Part shown: piece after piece, positions 1-9,931 of the stretch | Numbering within the stretch: position 1 is the first letter of the stretch | How the letters are laid out: every line of letters begins with the position of its first letter | Assembly: GCA_014729135.1 (NCBI GenBank) | Contig: WJKK01000001.1 | Coordinates: 794,919-858,918 of the forward strand | Direction of reading: 5' to 3' | DNA: 64,000 bases | Source: a candidate division WWE3 bacterium | GTDB lineage: Bacteria > Patescibacteriota > WWE3 > UBA101185 > UBA10185 | Made by a program: the position numbers and the translations under genes | Notes under the pieces: model-generated | Databases searched by the model: none | What the model was told of the DNA's origin: nothing | The model's input: only the letters and a program-made list of their open reading frames with translations

Positions 1-1
1 A

Positions 2-163
2 GTGGGAACTGGTGACCGTAGTGAAAAGATTAGAACTTATAATTTCCCTCAAGATAGAATAACGGATCATAGGATTAATGAAAGCTGGCATAATATTGAG
101 GCTATTTTAGATGGTGATTTGGATGCTGTTTTGAGGGAGACGGTGGGAATTCGGGAAGGTTAA
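2..163 (+). CDS. peptide chain release factor (RF1/RF2 family), C-terminal fragment; 5' end lies outside the window
   Basis: Frame 2 translates as [53 protein letters not shown]. The [15 protein letters not shown] block followed by LEGDLD is the conserved C-terminus of class I release factors. The ORF is absent from the supplied track because it runs off the window edge. Confidence 0.8.
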   Translation: MGTGDRSEKIRTYNFPQDRITDHRINESWHNIEAILDGDLDAVLRETVGIREG

Positions 164-524
164 CGCCCCCAAAGTTACGTGCAAATGCGGATTCTTTTCA
201 TTAAAAAATCGGAAAATACCGCCTTTCTCGTTCAGGTTTCGCTTCGCTCAAAATTCACTCGAAAGGGATATTTTCCTCTTCTTTTAAACTTAAAGTAATA
301 AATATAGGATTCGTTGCATATTTTTCAAAATTTATCTCGAGAGGATTGTTAAAAAAAAACGACCCTCAGCTAGGATAACCGTGCACAATGCACAGCTTTA
401 CAAAATCCTAAACTGAGGGTCTGGTAACCAAGTTAACATGTTGGCAGGCATGCCAACTTGGTTGTAACATCAAGTTTCGCTATTGATTTAAGTCCCTGCG
501 AAAAGGGACTCTAGAGTGAATCAG

Positions 525-1823
525 CTAGTCAGTTCCCCACCACTCGGGGGAACTCTGGTACACCAAGGTACCATCCTCACCGACCCGATAAACGTCAGCA
601 ACGCCAGCGTCCCAGGTCAGAATAGCCGGGCCCATTCCGTCGCAGTTCGTCCAAACAGAGATCACATCGGGGTTAGCGTCCCTGTTATCTTCGTAGTAGT
701 GAGGAACCCCGTTCTCATCGAATGCGAGCAGCACACTACCTGCAGAGAAGCACTCATCCTCAGAGCATTCCCACCCACGACCCACGAGGGCAAGAGAACC
801 CGGTGCCGCATCAAAACCATAAGGGAGGCGAACAGTGCCTTCCGTGCGAACCCAGCGGTGAGTCCCGGTCAACCACTCGTGCGCCCAGGAGACATCACAC
901 TCATCAGAAGCTACGTGAACTTCCCAAGACACCGTATCCCCTGCGGGGCTGGTGACTGAGAAGGTGTGCTGATCATTGCCGTGCTCATGGCGGAGCCATG
1001 AGGGACGCTCGATCTCACTCAGGGTGTTCTGACACAGGTTGATCACAGTGTTGTAGCGGGTGTTCCATGTTTCGTACTCATGCTGGACATCACGAACATC
1101 CTCGTCCCACGTGTCGACATAGAACGTTTGGTCGGGAGAAGTCTCGAAACTCTCCAGAAGGCTGTCCGCCCAACAAGCCGAATCGACACTTATATCCCTG
1201 TTGGGACGAACCGAACCAAGATAAACCCCGCTGACATCATAGATGTCGTACACGTGGTCATCTAACAACGAACCAGACGAAAAACCCACCTCAAAGTGAG
1301 CATTCGCGGCTTCGATTGTAAGGTGACCATTGCGCGGGATGGAGGTCCCACCAAGCTCCTCAAGAGCAATGAGGCACTCCTCGTCCATACCATACCCGCC
1401 CCGACGTAATTTCCCAGAGGGGCCCCAGGAGGAGGCGTGCGTGTATCCACATACCTCAATGGCAGGATCGATGGCGGTAATCAGAACGTCCCAGGCCTCC
1501 CGCATTGTGAGGCTATTCTCTGTGGAGGGAATTAATTGACCCTGGATCACAAAGGCACCACGGCCAACGGTTGAGGCCGTGACGGTGATGACATGATCGA
1601 AACCGAGAGGTTCTGGAGTCGGGACAACTACATCGATCTCCACGGGTTCGGGCGACGGGGTAGCCGTGGCCACAACCGTCACGTATTCGATTACCGTTTC
1701 GGGCGCCACGAAGGGCGACCCGAAGATAAGGAGCGCCGTAGCGCTCAGGCCAAAAAGACCTGCTAGAATTCCAAATGCAACCTTTAACCAATCCGTATAG
1801 GTATTGCTTTTGCGATTATACAT
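525..1823 (-). CDS. hypothetical membrane-anchored/secreted protein on a GC-rich gene
   Basis: Continuous 432-aa ORF. N-terminal signal anchor (KVAFGILAGLFGLSATALLIFG) is followed by a Pro-rich linker. AAGGAG sits 5 nt upstream of the ATG. The gene is visibly richer in G+C (roughly 55-60%) than its neighbours (about 43%). Confidence 0.65.
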   Translation of the reverse strand: MYNRKSNTYTDWLKVAFGILAGLFGLSATALLIFGSPFVAPETVIEYVTVVATATPSPEPVEIDVVVPTPEPLGFDHVITVTASTVGRGAFVIQGQLIPSTENSLTMREAWDVLITAIDPAIEVCGYTHASSWGPSGKLRRGGYGMDEECLIALEELGGTSIPRNGHLTIEAANAHFEVGFSSGSLLDDHVYDIYDVSGVYLGSVRPNRDISVDSACWADSLLESFETSPDQTFYVDTWDEDVRDVQHEYETWNTRYNTVINLCQNTLSEIERPSWLRHEHGNDQHTFSVTSPAGDTVSWEVHVASDECDVSWAHEWLTGTHRWVRTEGTVRLPYGFDAAPGSLALVGRGWECSEDECFSAGSVLLAFDENGVPHYYEDNRDANPDVISVWTNCDGMGPAILTWDAGVADVYRVGEDGTLVYQSSPEWWGTD

Positions 1824-2262
1824 TATCTTCTCCTTTTAAAGGGTGAATTGTTTCTTAGGCGATCTTAGTAGCAGCCTCGACTCAAACAAACAAGAAGGTT
1901 CTGCCAAAAACCCTCCTGGAGGCATCTCTACTCCTAAATCCCCTACTCTAGAACAAATAATATAATAGTATTTAAGAACAAAGATGCCGCCAGAAAGAAA
2001 ACAGTTCCTTCTTTTTGCCAAATATTAAATTGTCAAAGTCCAGTCTCTTGTTTATATATAAATATAGAACTCCCTAAAACTACAAGCTGGGGAATAAAAA
2101 AGCGACTGGGTTTTGCTAAGAACATGGGCTAAAGTCCTTCTCAATACTCAATCGCTTTTATTTATTGTTTTTTGCTTACATGCATATTATAGGCTACTTA
2201 CTCTCTCCTGTCAAGTGCTATGGGATGTTGTTTAGGCATTAGCTCTTTTCACCAACGAAGCC

Positions 2263-3420
2263 CTAAAACTCCCTCGGCAGCTCTGCTAAAGTCACAAAAA
2301 ACTCGCGGGACTCCCCTCCCCTATCAACCACAACCTTCAAAGTCTCCCCCACCGAAAAACGCGAAATTACCCCCACCAAAGTATTCTTTGCATTAATCTC
2401 CTCACCCTCCACACTTAAAATAATGTCACCTCTTTCCAAGCCGGCCTTATCAGCAGGCGAATCCGGATAAACCGAGGCAATGTAAGCCCCCTCCGACAAG
2501 TCACGCAACTTAGCAATCTCCTCGGTAACAATCCTATAAGATACACCTAAATAAGGGCGCACAATCCTTCCCTTTTCCAAAAACGTCGTCAACAAAGGCG
2601 CTAAAGTATTTGAAGGGATGGCAAAGCTAATATTGTCAGCATAGGGAGTAGTGGCAACGTTAATTCCAATCACCTGCCCCGCTAAATTTAACAAAGGACC
2701 CCCGGAATTTCCCGGATTTAAAGCTGCATCCGTTTGAATAACCTCCTCATAAACCGTGCTCTCGGCTCCAAAACCTGAAGAAGCCACAATTTCGCGAGAA
2801 ATACCCGACACAATCCCCCTTGTTACAGTGTTTTGAAATTTACCTAAAGCGTTTCCTATGGCTATCGCCGTTTGACCTACTTGCAAAGTATCGGAATCGG
2901 CTAGTTCCAAAGCGGGAAGATCCCGGGCGGTGACCTCTATTATCGCTAAATCTGACATGCGATCTAAATGAATGTCTTCTACAACGTAAGTAGTTCCGTC
3001 GTTTAAAACTACTGAATATTCTCCCGAGGGATCTGACACTACATGACTATTTGTGACAATTACTCCGTTAGAATCAACTATAAAGCCGGTTCCTATCCCC
3101 TCTTCGTTTACGGAAGGGCCGCTGAAAAAGTCAAAGTTTACGGTTTCTACAACTATGGAAACAACGGAGGGAGAGGCTTTTTCGACTACTGAAATTAGGG
3201 AGGATTCTTCTTCTACAAGTTTTTGGATTTCTTTTGCGTTTTGGTTTTTGCCGCCGGAGGGGGTTTCAAAGCGCTCAAAAAAGTTTTCAATTTTGTATTT
3301 GTAGCGGTTTATGCCCACGCCGTTTCCAAATGTGTTGGAAAGCATAACTAAAAAGAAGATGAAAGTGAAGAGGCTGAAGATGCCTAGTGTGGTTTTTCTA
3401 TTTGGTTTTTTGATTTTCAT
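2263..3420 (-). CDS. htrA: HtrA/DegP-family periplasmic serine protease with C-terminal PDZ domain
   Basis: N-terminal signal anchor; trypsin-like catalytic motifs including GNSGGPLLN (Ser box); PDZ-like C-terminus. Confidence 0.85.
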   Translation of the reverse strand: MKIKKPNRKTTLGIFSLFTFIFFLVMLSNTFGNGVGINRYKYKIENFFERFETPSGGKNQNAKEIQKLVEEESSLISVVEKASPSVVSIVVETVNFDFFSGPSVNEEGIGTGFIVDSNGVIVTNSHVVSDPSGEYSVVLNDGTTYVVEDIHLDRMSDLAIIEVTARDLPALELADSDTLQVGQTAIAIGNALGKFQNTVTRGIVSGISREIVASSGFGAESTVYEEVIQTDAALNPGNSGGPLLNLAGQVIGINVATTPYADNISFAIPSNTLAPLLTTFLEKGRIVRPYLGVSYRIVTEEIAKLRDLSEGAYIASVYPDSPADKAGLERGDIILSVEGEEINAKNTLVGVISRFSVGETLKVVVDRGGESREFFVTLAELPREF

Positions 3421-3452
3421 GGAGATATTATATAACGTGAAAAATTGAATTT

Positions 3453-4688
3453 CTAAATCTCCTCTGCTAACTCCAACGCCCTATCAAGCTGCGGATCCCT
3501 CCCCGCCTCAAAATCCTCATAAGTACGCTCAACCTCCACATCCGGAGAAATACCCACCTCATGCACCCAATTCTTCTCAGGCGTCAACCACTTAGCAATC
3601 GTAATATGCAGCGCCGAACCATCCGTAAAATCCTTAGCATCCTGAATTGTGCCCTTACCAAAAGACGTCTCCCCCACTATAGTAGTCATGTCCGCCTTAT
3701 TTTCCTTTAATGCTGCCGCCAAAATCTCAGAAGCTGAAGCACTTCCTCCATCAAGCAGAACAAAAACTGCCGGGATGTCTTCAAACAAACCACTTCGCTT
3801 GTCTTTGTAAGGCATCAAATCGCCTAGCGCCGACTCCTGATACATCACAACATCGCCGCTGTCCAAAAAGTCGGAAGCTAAGTAAACGGCGGAGTCCATG
3901 TAGCCGCCCGGATTACCGCGAAGATCCAAAACAACTGCGTCAAGTTCTGACATTTCTACATTGATTTCATGAAGTGTGGAGGTCCAGTCGGCATTTGTGT
4001 CACCGCCAAAACGGCTCACTCTAATGTAGGCGGTTCCGTTGCCCTTATCCTCCCAGGAGACACTGGAAATTGTTATAACACCACGCTCTATGGGAACGTC
4101 GAAAGGTTCACGTTGCGCCCGCTGGAGGGTTAGTGTAATTGTTGTGCCAGCATCTCCTCTGATTTTAGCTACGGCCTCGGTTAAGGAAATTCCCACAGTG
4201 CTTTCGCCTGCAATTTTTACAATGCGATCTCCCGGCATAACGCCTGCTTCTTTTGCTGGAGAGCCATCCAGTGGGGCAACTATTATAAGCTGGCCATCAC
4301 GCATGCCGAGTTCTGCGCCTATACCTTGGTATTCCCCGTTTAAGGAGCTGGTTACTAAGTCGTTTTCATCAGCAGGCAAAAAGGAGGTATAAGGGTCACC
4401 AAGTGAGTTGACCATGCCTTTTATAGCGCCATCTACCATGTCTTCAGGGTTGTGGGGGCGGTCTAAGTGTCGCGCACGAACCATTTCCCAAACTTGCCAA
4501 AACTGATCAAAGTCAATTTCTTCAGGGTAATTATTGCGATTTTTGATTTCTATGGAGGGGACGTTTTCTTTTATTTCAATTTCGTATCCGCGCTTTCCGT
4601 AGTAGTGCCCCCCGTAAAAAGCTACTATTAAAAGGAGAAAGATTATTAGGTTGCGTTGAAAGATTTTTACTTTTTCCTTGGTTTCCAT
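3453..4688 (-). CDS. ctpA: carboxyl-terminal processing (tail-specific) protease, S41 family
   Basis: N-terminal TM segment, PDZ region, and the S41 catalytic region LDGGSASASEILAAAL. Confidence 0.85.
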   Translation of the reverse strand: METKEKVKIFQRNLIIFLLLIVAFYGGHYYGKRGYEIEIKENVPSIEIKNRNNYPEEIDFDQFWQVWEMVRARHLDRPHNPEDMVDGAIKGMVNSLGDPYTSFLPADENDLVTSSLNGEYQGIGAELGMRDGQLIIVAPLDGSPAKEAGVMPGDRIVKIAGESTVGISLTEAVAKIRGDAGTTITLTLQRAQREPFDVPIERGVITISSVSWEDKGNGTAYIRVSRFGGDTNADWTSTLHEINVEMSELDAVVLDLRGNPGGYMDSAVYLASDFLDSGDVVMYQESALGDLMPYKDKRSGLFEDIPAVFVLLDGGSASASEILAAALKENKADMTTIVGETSFGKGTIQDAKDFTDGSALHITIAKWLTPEKNWVHEVGISPDVEVERTYEDFEAGRDPQLDRALELAEEI

Positions 4689-4784
4689 GTCTTTAGATAA
4701 ATTTTTTTGAATTTGGAGTCAATGAAATTGACATCAGGCATTATATCAGATGGAAAGGAGTTGGGGGTTTCAGATGGAAAAACC

Positions 4785-5204
4785 TTAGAGTTTTTCCAGC
4801 AAAGAATTAGGCTTAACCCAGTCAACCTGCAACCTCCTGTAATCCTTATCATAAGAAAGAACAGTCGCCCCCAATCTCAAAGCCGCTGTAGCAATTAAAC
4901 AGTCAATAAAAGGAGCTCGATTTTGGTAATACCAATTTAAAGCATAAGCATAGTCATAAGTATCGGAAATGCTTAGGCCTTTAATCCAAACTACGGATTT
5001 TAAGGAGCGCACAATGTCTTCTCTAGGTACGGCATAATGAGAGCTAAGCAACCAAACTAGTTCCGATAAGACAACTCCGGGAACATAAGCTTGAACCTTG
5101 TTGCTCTTTAAAGCCTCGAAAAGACGAGAACACTCTTGGAACATTCTTTCATGATCGCGCATTAAAGCACGCGAAAAAATATTAGTATCTAACACATATT
5201 TCAT
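4785..5204 (-). CDS. vapC: PIN-domain toxin (VapC-like)
   Basis: MKYVLDTNIF start with acidic PIN residues; lies immediately downstream of a small AbrB/MazE-like gene on the same strand. Confidence 0.7.
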   Translation of the reverse strand: MKYVLDTNIFSRALMRDHERMFQECSRLFEALKSNKVQAYVPGVVLSELVWLLSSHYAVPREDIVRSLKSVVWIKGLSISDTYDYAYALNWYYQNRAPFIDCLIATAALRLGATVLSYDKDYRRLQVDWVKPNSLLEKL

Positions 5205-5278
5205 TTGAATTTTTTAGGATTTTAGAAGAAAGAGCAAAAACTGAATCTTAAATTTTGGTCAGCTTTTAGCCGGAGTAG

Positions 5279-5533
5279 TTAGAAACGCCGATAACTGGTT
5301 TCAAGTTTCCTACGAGCCTCAACAGGATCAGAACCCTTATTAGCGCGCGCCTCAATAGTTCCCAAAATATCCATAATATCCTCAACGGGCTCAACAGAGA
5401 GTTGCTTGTAGTCCTCTCCTTCGACTACTTTAAGCTGCACCCTATCTGTTGTACCTATGCCCAACAAATCGCGCATGGGTTTGGGAATTGTTATTTGTCC
5501 TGCTTTTGTTACTGTAGTTATAAACATTTCCAT
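5279..5533 (-). CDS. vapB: AbrB/MazE/SpoVT-type antitoxin (VapB-like)
   Basis: 84-aa protein with a swapped-hairpin N-terminus (ITIPKPMRDLLGIGTTDRV), sitting upstream of the PIN gene. Confidence 0.6.
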   Translation of the reverse strand: MEMFITTVTKAGQITIPKPMRDLLGIGTTDRVQLKVVEGEDYKQLSVEPVEDIMDILGTIEARANKGSDPVEARRKLETSYRRF

Positions 5534-5725
5534 ACTGTACTGATTATACAGTACTTCTCCTTCTTTCTTTGGGAGTTTTTGTTCGAAATTTAAAGGTTAG
5601 GATCCGGATTCACTAGATTTAGCAGTGAGACAAACGTGGATCCTGATTTTCATCAGGATGACGTCTTCATCAAACCGGAGCCTAATGGGATAACGGCTCC
5701 TCCAAGAGAGCTAAACGTGAAAGGA

Positions 5726-5983
5726 CTAAATCGTGTGCCTATCAGTATAGGGCAAAAGAGCCATGTAACGAGCCTTCTTTATAGCAGCCGAAAGCAATCT
5801 TTGGTTCTTAGCAGTCAACCCCGTTAAAGTCCCACGCAAAATCTTCCCGCGAGAAGTGATAAAACGGCGTAAAATCAGCACATCTTTATAATCCGGTTTC
5901 GTCTCATTCTCCTCAAAATAATCAACATTACTTACCTTTTTATGCGCATAACGACGGCTCTTTTTTCGAACAAACTTACCCAT
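5726..5983 (-). CDS. rpsR: 30S ribosomal protein S18
   Basis: [41 protein letters not shown] matches the S18 core; standard rpsF-ssb-rpsR arrangement. Confidence 0.85.
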   Translation of the reverse strand: MGKFVRKKSRRYAHKKVSNVDYFEENETKPDYKDVLILRRFITSRGKILRGTLTGLTAKNQRLLSAAIKKARYMALLPYTDRHTI

Positions 5984-5992
5984 GTTTAATCC

Positions 5993-6529
5993 TTACTCCT
6001 CAGAATCCTCATTGGAAGAATCATCTAAATCAAAATCTGTATCAGCCAAAATTTCATCTAAATCAACGTCATCATCCATTTTTACAGGATTAGACTTAGC
6101 AGAGGATTTCTTTGCGCCTCCACCGGAGTTTCCCCCACCGGATGAATCTCCACCGGAAGAACTGTTACTCCCACCGGAATCACCTGAAAAACCGCCCTTA
6201 CCACGACTTAAAAGCAACATCTCCTCCAGAACAACTTCCGTACGATAGTGCTTAACATCACTGTCATCAGTCCAACTTCTGGTAGTCAAACGACCTTCCA
6301 AGTAAACCTGAGAACCTTTCTGCAAAAGCTGATCGCAAATCTCAGCTAACTTTCTCCAAGCTACTATATTGTGATACTCAACCGCCTCCTGCTTTTCGCC
6401 ATCAGAAGTCCACTCTCTGTTTGTTGCAACTGCAAAATTTACTACTGCTGCTCCACTGGAAATATACTTCAACTCAGGATCTCTTGTTAAATTGCCTATT
6501 AACATTACTTTGTTTAAACTTCGTGCCAT
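5993..6529 (-). CDS. ssb: single-stranded DNA-binding protein
   Basis: MARSLNKVMLIGNLTRDPELKY OB-fold N-terminus, Gly/Ser-rich linker and acidic C-terminal tail. Confidence 0.9.
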   Translation of the reverse strand: MARSLNKVMLIGNLTRDPELKYISSGAAVVNFAVATNREWTSDGEKQEAVEYHNIVAWRKLAEICDQLLQKGSQVYLEGRLTTRSWTDDSDVKHYRTEVVLEEMLLLSRGKGGFSGDSGGSNSSSGGDSSGGGNSGGGAKKSSAKSNPVKMDDDVDLDEILADTDFDLDDSSNEDSEE

Positions 6530-6599
6530 TTTTAATAATTTCCTTTCGAGTTACTTTTTTAGAGGTTTCAAAAGCCTCAACGGAATAAATCCGCTAAAC

Positions 6600-6887
6600 C
6601 TACTCCTCCAAAGAAGTAACCAAATACCTTACTACATCTTTATGCAGTTCAAGTTCTCGCTGAAGACCCGCGATCTGGGAGGGATCGATATCGAATTCAT
6701 TAACGTCATAGTAGCCTTGCTCATTACCGGCCACTTTATAGGCAAACTTGCGCTTACCCCAGAAGTGCTCAGCCACAACCTCTCCCCCACGGGACGTGAT
6801 CATGCCTTTAACCTCCTCAGAGACGCCCTTTGCTCCGGACTCTCCTAACTCGATATTATAAATTGTCATCAGTTCGTATGAACGCAT
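6600..6887 (-). CDS. rpsF: 30S ribosomal protein S6
   Basis: MRSYELMTIYN...WGKRKFAYKV S6 signature. The start is taken at the third Met of the track ORF. Confidence 0.8.
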   Translation of the reverse strand: MRSYELMTIYNIELGESGAKGVSEEVKGMITSRGGEVVAEHFWGKRKFAYKVAGNEQGYYDVNEFDIDPSQIAGLQRELELHKDVVRYLVTSLEE

Positions 6888-7006
6888 ATTCATAAAGATT
6901 ATACTAAGGCCGTCAAGTGATTGTCTAGGGGGTATATTCCAGTTAAAATAGAATCTCTTCCCATGTTTGCTTTTTTAGCAGACTTAGCAACGGCTTGGGT
7001 ATGTTA

Positions 7007-8209
7007 CTACACACTAAACCTAAATTCAACAACATCTCCTTCTCTCATAGCATAATCCTTACCTTCGGATCGAATCTTGCCTTGGTTACGGGCTTCCTTC
7101 CAGCCTTCTAGTTTAACTAGAATATTGTATGAAATTACTTGAGCTGCTATAAATCCTCGTTGAAAGTCGGAGTGGATTTTGCCTGCTGCTTCGGGGGCGG
7201 TAGAGCCTTCTTTGATGGTCCATGCATGTACTTCTTTTGGGCCATAGGTGAAGAAGGTTTGTAGTCCAAGGAGTTTGTAGCTTTCGCGAATGATTTTGTT
7301 GAGGCCGGATTCTTGAATGCCTACTTGCTCCATGTAATCTTTTTGCTCCTGTGGAGTTAGTGCAGCTAGATCGGCCTCTAATTTAGCGCAAACAGGTATT
7401 CCCTTGATTTGATGGTCAGAATGAGGGGACAGTGCATCGAAATCCTCCCTCGTTGGATTCTGACTTTCGTCAGAATGACGGTGTGGGGAGTGTGTCATCC
7501 CGGACTCGATCCGGGATCCCCAATCACCATAAACATCTTCAGAAACATTAAACACATACATTACAGGCTTTAACGTCAGCAAATTCAAATCCTTAACCAA
7601 TTCTCGCTCCTTCTCCGACAAATCCAAAGTCAAAGCCAACTTTCCCGCATTCAAATGCCCCTGCAGCCTCTTATAAACCGCAAGACGAACAATTGACTCC
7701 TTTTGACCGGACTTGGCAGCTCTCTCCTCCGTTGTAATACGCTTTTCCAAAACCTCCAAATCCGCCAAAATCAGCTCAGTATTAATAACTTCCTTGTCCT
7801 CCTGAGGAGAAACCGAACCCGCCCGAGCAATATTTGCGTCCCTAAACAAGCGCAAAACGTGAATAATTGCATCTACCTCGCGAATATGGCTCAAAAATTT
7901 ATTACCCAATCCTTCACCTTTTGCTGCTCCTTTAACCAATCCGGCAATGTCTACAAACTTAACTACTGCCGGAATCACCTTATCGGGATCCTTATCATGC
8001 TCTTTTCTAACCAAATCCGTCAGACCCTGCACACGAGAATCCGGAACCTCCACAATACCTACATTGGGCTCTATAGTGGCAAAGGGATAGTTGGCAGCCA
8101 GCGCAGTTTGCTTTTTTAGAAGTGCATTAAAAAGGGTGGATTTGCCTACATTGGGAAGGCCTACTATTCCTATGGAGAGGTTTGTGCTTTTGCTTGACAT
8201 AAGAAACAC
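7007..8209 (-). CDS. ychF: ribosome-binding ATPase YchF (Obg-family GTPase) carrying an in-frame repeat-derived insertion
   Basis: P-loop IGIVGLPNVGKSTLFNAL, G-domain motifs and a C-terminal TGS-like region. About 35 aa (SGMTHSPHRHSDESQNPTREDFDALSPHSDHQIKG) are encoded by the dispersed palindromic element at 7456-7520. Confidence 0.85.
   Translation of the reverse strand: MFLMSSKSTNLSIGIVGLPNVGKSTLFNALLKKQTALAANYPFATIEPNVGIVEVPDSRVQGLTDLVRKEHDKDPDKVIPAVVKFVDIAGLVKGAAKGEGLGNKFLSHIREVDAIIHVLRLFRDANIARAGSVSPQEDKEVINTELILADLEVLEKRITTEERAAKSGQKESIVRLAVYKRLQGHLNAGKLALTLDLSEKERELVKDLNLLTLKPVMYVFNVSEDVYGDWGSRIESGMTHSPHRHSDESQNPTREDFDALSPHSDHQIKGIPVCAKLEADLAALTPQEQKDYMEQVGIQESGLNKIIRESYKLLGLQTFFTYGPKEVHAWTIKEGSTAPEAAGKIHSDFQRGFIAAQVISYNILVKLEGWKEARNQGKIRSEGKDYAMREGDVVEFRFSV
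7456..7520. repeat. dispersed palindromic element, family 2 (TCTGACTTTCGTCAGAATGAC ... CCCGGACTCGATCCGGG), inside ychF
   Basis: Related copies at 5638-5662, 13961-14017, 22671-22730 and 27181-27250. Confidence 0.7.
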
Positions 8210-8222
8210 TTTAACATAACAG

Positions 8223-9251
8223 CTACTTTAAAACGTAATGAGTTGCTCTCCCCTTCCCCTTCCTCCTTATCAAATCCAAATTTATTAGCTTATCAAAATC
8301 CAGAGCCCTAGTAGACTTAGCCCTATCCGTTAATTCCGCGTAATCCGAATCCGTTATAAAACCGTGCTTTTCAATATATTTGAGTATATCTTTATGGTGT
8401 TTCTTTAGTGTGGACCCGGGATCAACTCCCACTTTCTTAAGTTCCCCTGAAACCCTAAGCAACTCATCAATTATCCCATCGGTAAAGTATTCCAACCACT
8501 CGGTAAAGTCAATATCTTCGTTAATCTCATAATAATCACCAAGAACACCGACATTTTGAAAGTACTTAGTTACATTACTGTTGTAATAATTCTCAAAACT
8601 AAATAAATTAAAAGTATCTAAACCCATATTGGCAAGTAGCAGCTTAGTAAGGAGTCTTGCAGTACGGCCATTACCATCCGCAAAAGGGTGAATAATGACA
8701 AACTGCTTGTGAAATAAACCCGCAAGAAGCACGGGATCAACACCATCTCCGTTTTTATTTATGTAATCAAGTAAAGCATCCATTAATTTCCCTACATCTT
8801 GAACATTGGGAGGTAAATATACCGTTTCACCCGTTCTTGGATCGTTAACAACTACAGGAACATCTCTGTAACTACCGGATTTCTCTTTTGGCAACAGGTC
8901 CTTTACTACTTTTTTATGGATGTTTTGCACAAGTTCATCCCCAATTTTTACCTTTTGATCTAACAATTTACCCAAATAGACCAAAGCATCGTTATAATTG
9001 AGAACTTCCTTTTCGCTATCTCTAGCATGTTTCGGTTTACTTTTTAAGATTTTTTTAACTTCCGTTAAAGGGAGAGGGTTGCCTTCAATACTTGTCGAGG
9101 AGTGAACGGATAAACTAACAGCGCTTTTTTCTAAATGCATTTTAATTGTAGTTGGAAAACGTTTATTGTTTAGTTCCGTTTTTATCTTTGTGATTTGCTT
9201 GATGTTATCGAGCAATTTAGGAGTAACTGTGTATTTGGGAGTGTACTTCAT
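8223..9251 (-). CDS. Fic/DOC family protein (likely AMPylase) with an internal inhibitory-helix-like motif
   Basis: Fic active-site motif IIHPFADGNGRTARLL; N-terminal STSIEGN matches the (S/T)xxxE(G/N) inhibitory motif of class II/III Fic proteins. Confidence 0.85.
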   Translation of the reverse strand: MKYTPKYTVTPKLLDNIKQITKIKTELNNKRFPTTIKMHLEKSAVSLSVHSSTSIEGNPLPLTEVKKILKSKPKHARDSEKEVLNYNDALVYLGKLLDQKVKIGDELVQNIHKKVVKDLLPKEKSGSYRDVPVVVNDPRTGETVYLPPNVQDVGKLMDALLDYINKNGDGVDPVLLAGLFHKQFVIIHPFADGNGRTARLLTKLLLANMGLDTFNLFSFENYYNSNVTKYFQNVGVLGDYYEINEDIDFTEWLEYFTDGIIDELLRVSGELKKVGVDPGSTLKKHHKDILKYIEKHGFITDSDYAELTDRAKSTRALDFDKLINLDLIRRKGKGRATHYVLK

Positions 9252-9493
9252 GGACTAATATTAGACGATAATTAGACGATTGTCAACTACTAAGGAGGGT
9301 CTTTTTGGAAGCTGTTCCAGAGCCTTGCCAGAAACTATTCTACCTTTCGCATGCCTTATAAGAGCTAACTCTCCCGCAAACCCTCCGGTGAAACTACCTG
9401 CAAAACTCCAAAATAAGCCAAATCCAAAAGCTCCTCTAAAAAACACGAAAATTGCTATATAATAGAAACAATACCAATTTAGAAAGGCACTTT

Positions 9494-9874
9494 ATGTATA
9501 CAGAAACAGGAAAAAGACCGCAAGGGGAAACAGGACCAAATGAAGTTTTGATAAAAATGAAAGAAGGTTCCTTAAGAGGAATCCCCGTGAGATTATCTAA
9601 AAATGGAGGCGAACCGGATCCGGAACGATTGGGTTTAGGTAAGATATCTACCGGCGGTAATGAGATAGAGATAAAATTATGGGAAGAAGCAGAAAAATGG
9701 GGGCGAACTGTTGAAGGAAAAGATGCGGAAGAGGGAGACATGCCAAGAGTAGTAGACGCCATGGTGAAAACACTCCAAAAGGGGGAACACCCATCTAAAG
9801 TGGCTTGGGAGCTTGGGGCAGATCCCGAACAGTTAGAAACTGCTTACTATGCAGCTCTCGACAAAATAAACTAG
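9494..9874 (+). CDS. hypothetical protein
   Basis: ORF on the opposite strand to its neighbours. Start taken at MYTETGKRPQ, which has a GAAAGG-like purine stretch upstream. No recognisable motifs. Confidence 0.35.
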   Translation: MYTETGKRPQGETGPNEVLIKMKEGSLRGIPVRLSKNGGEPDPERLGLGKISTGGNEIEIKLWEEAEKWGRTVEGKDAEEGDMPRVVDAMVKTLQKGEHPSKVAWELGADPEQLETAYYAALDKIN

Positions 9875-9931
9875 ACTTGCTTAAAAAAAAGAAAAACCTG
9901 CCAGTTAGATACCTACTTTACTTTTGTGGAA

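Noticed and set aside
9436-9762. ORF 9436..9762 (minus strand), used instead of the plus-strand ORF 9452..9874
   Set aside because: Ser/Pro-rich low-complexity translation with no SD; the plus-strand ORF was kept instead, though with low confidence.
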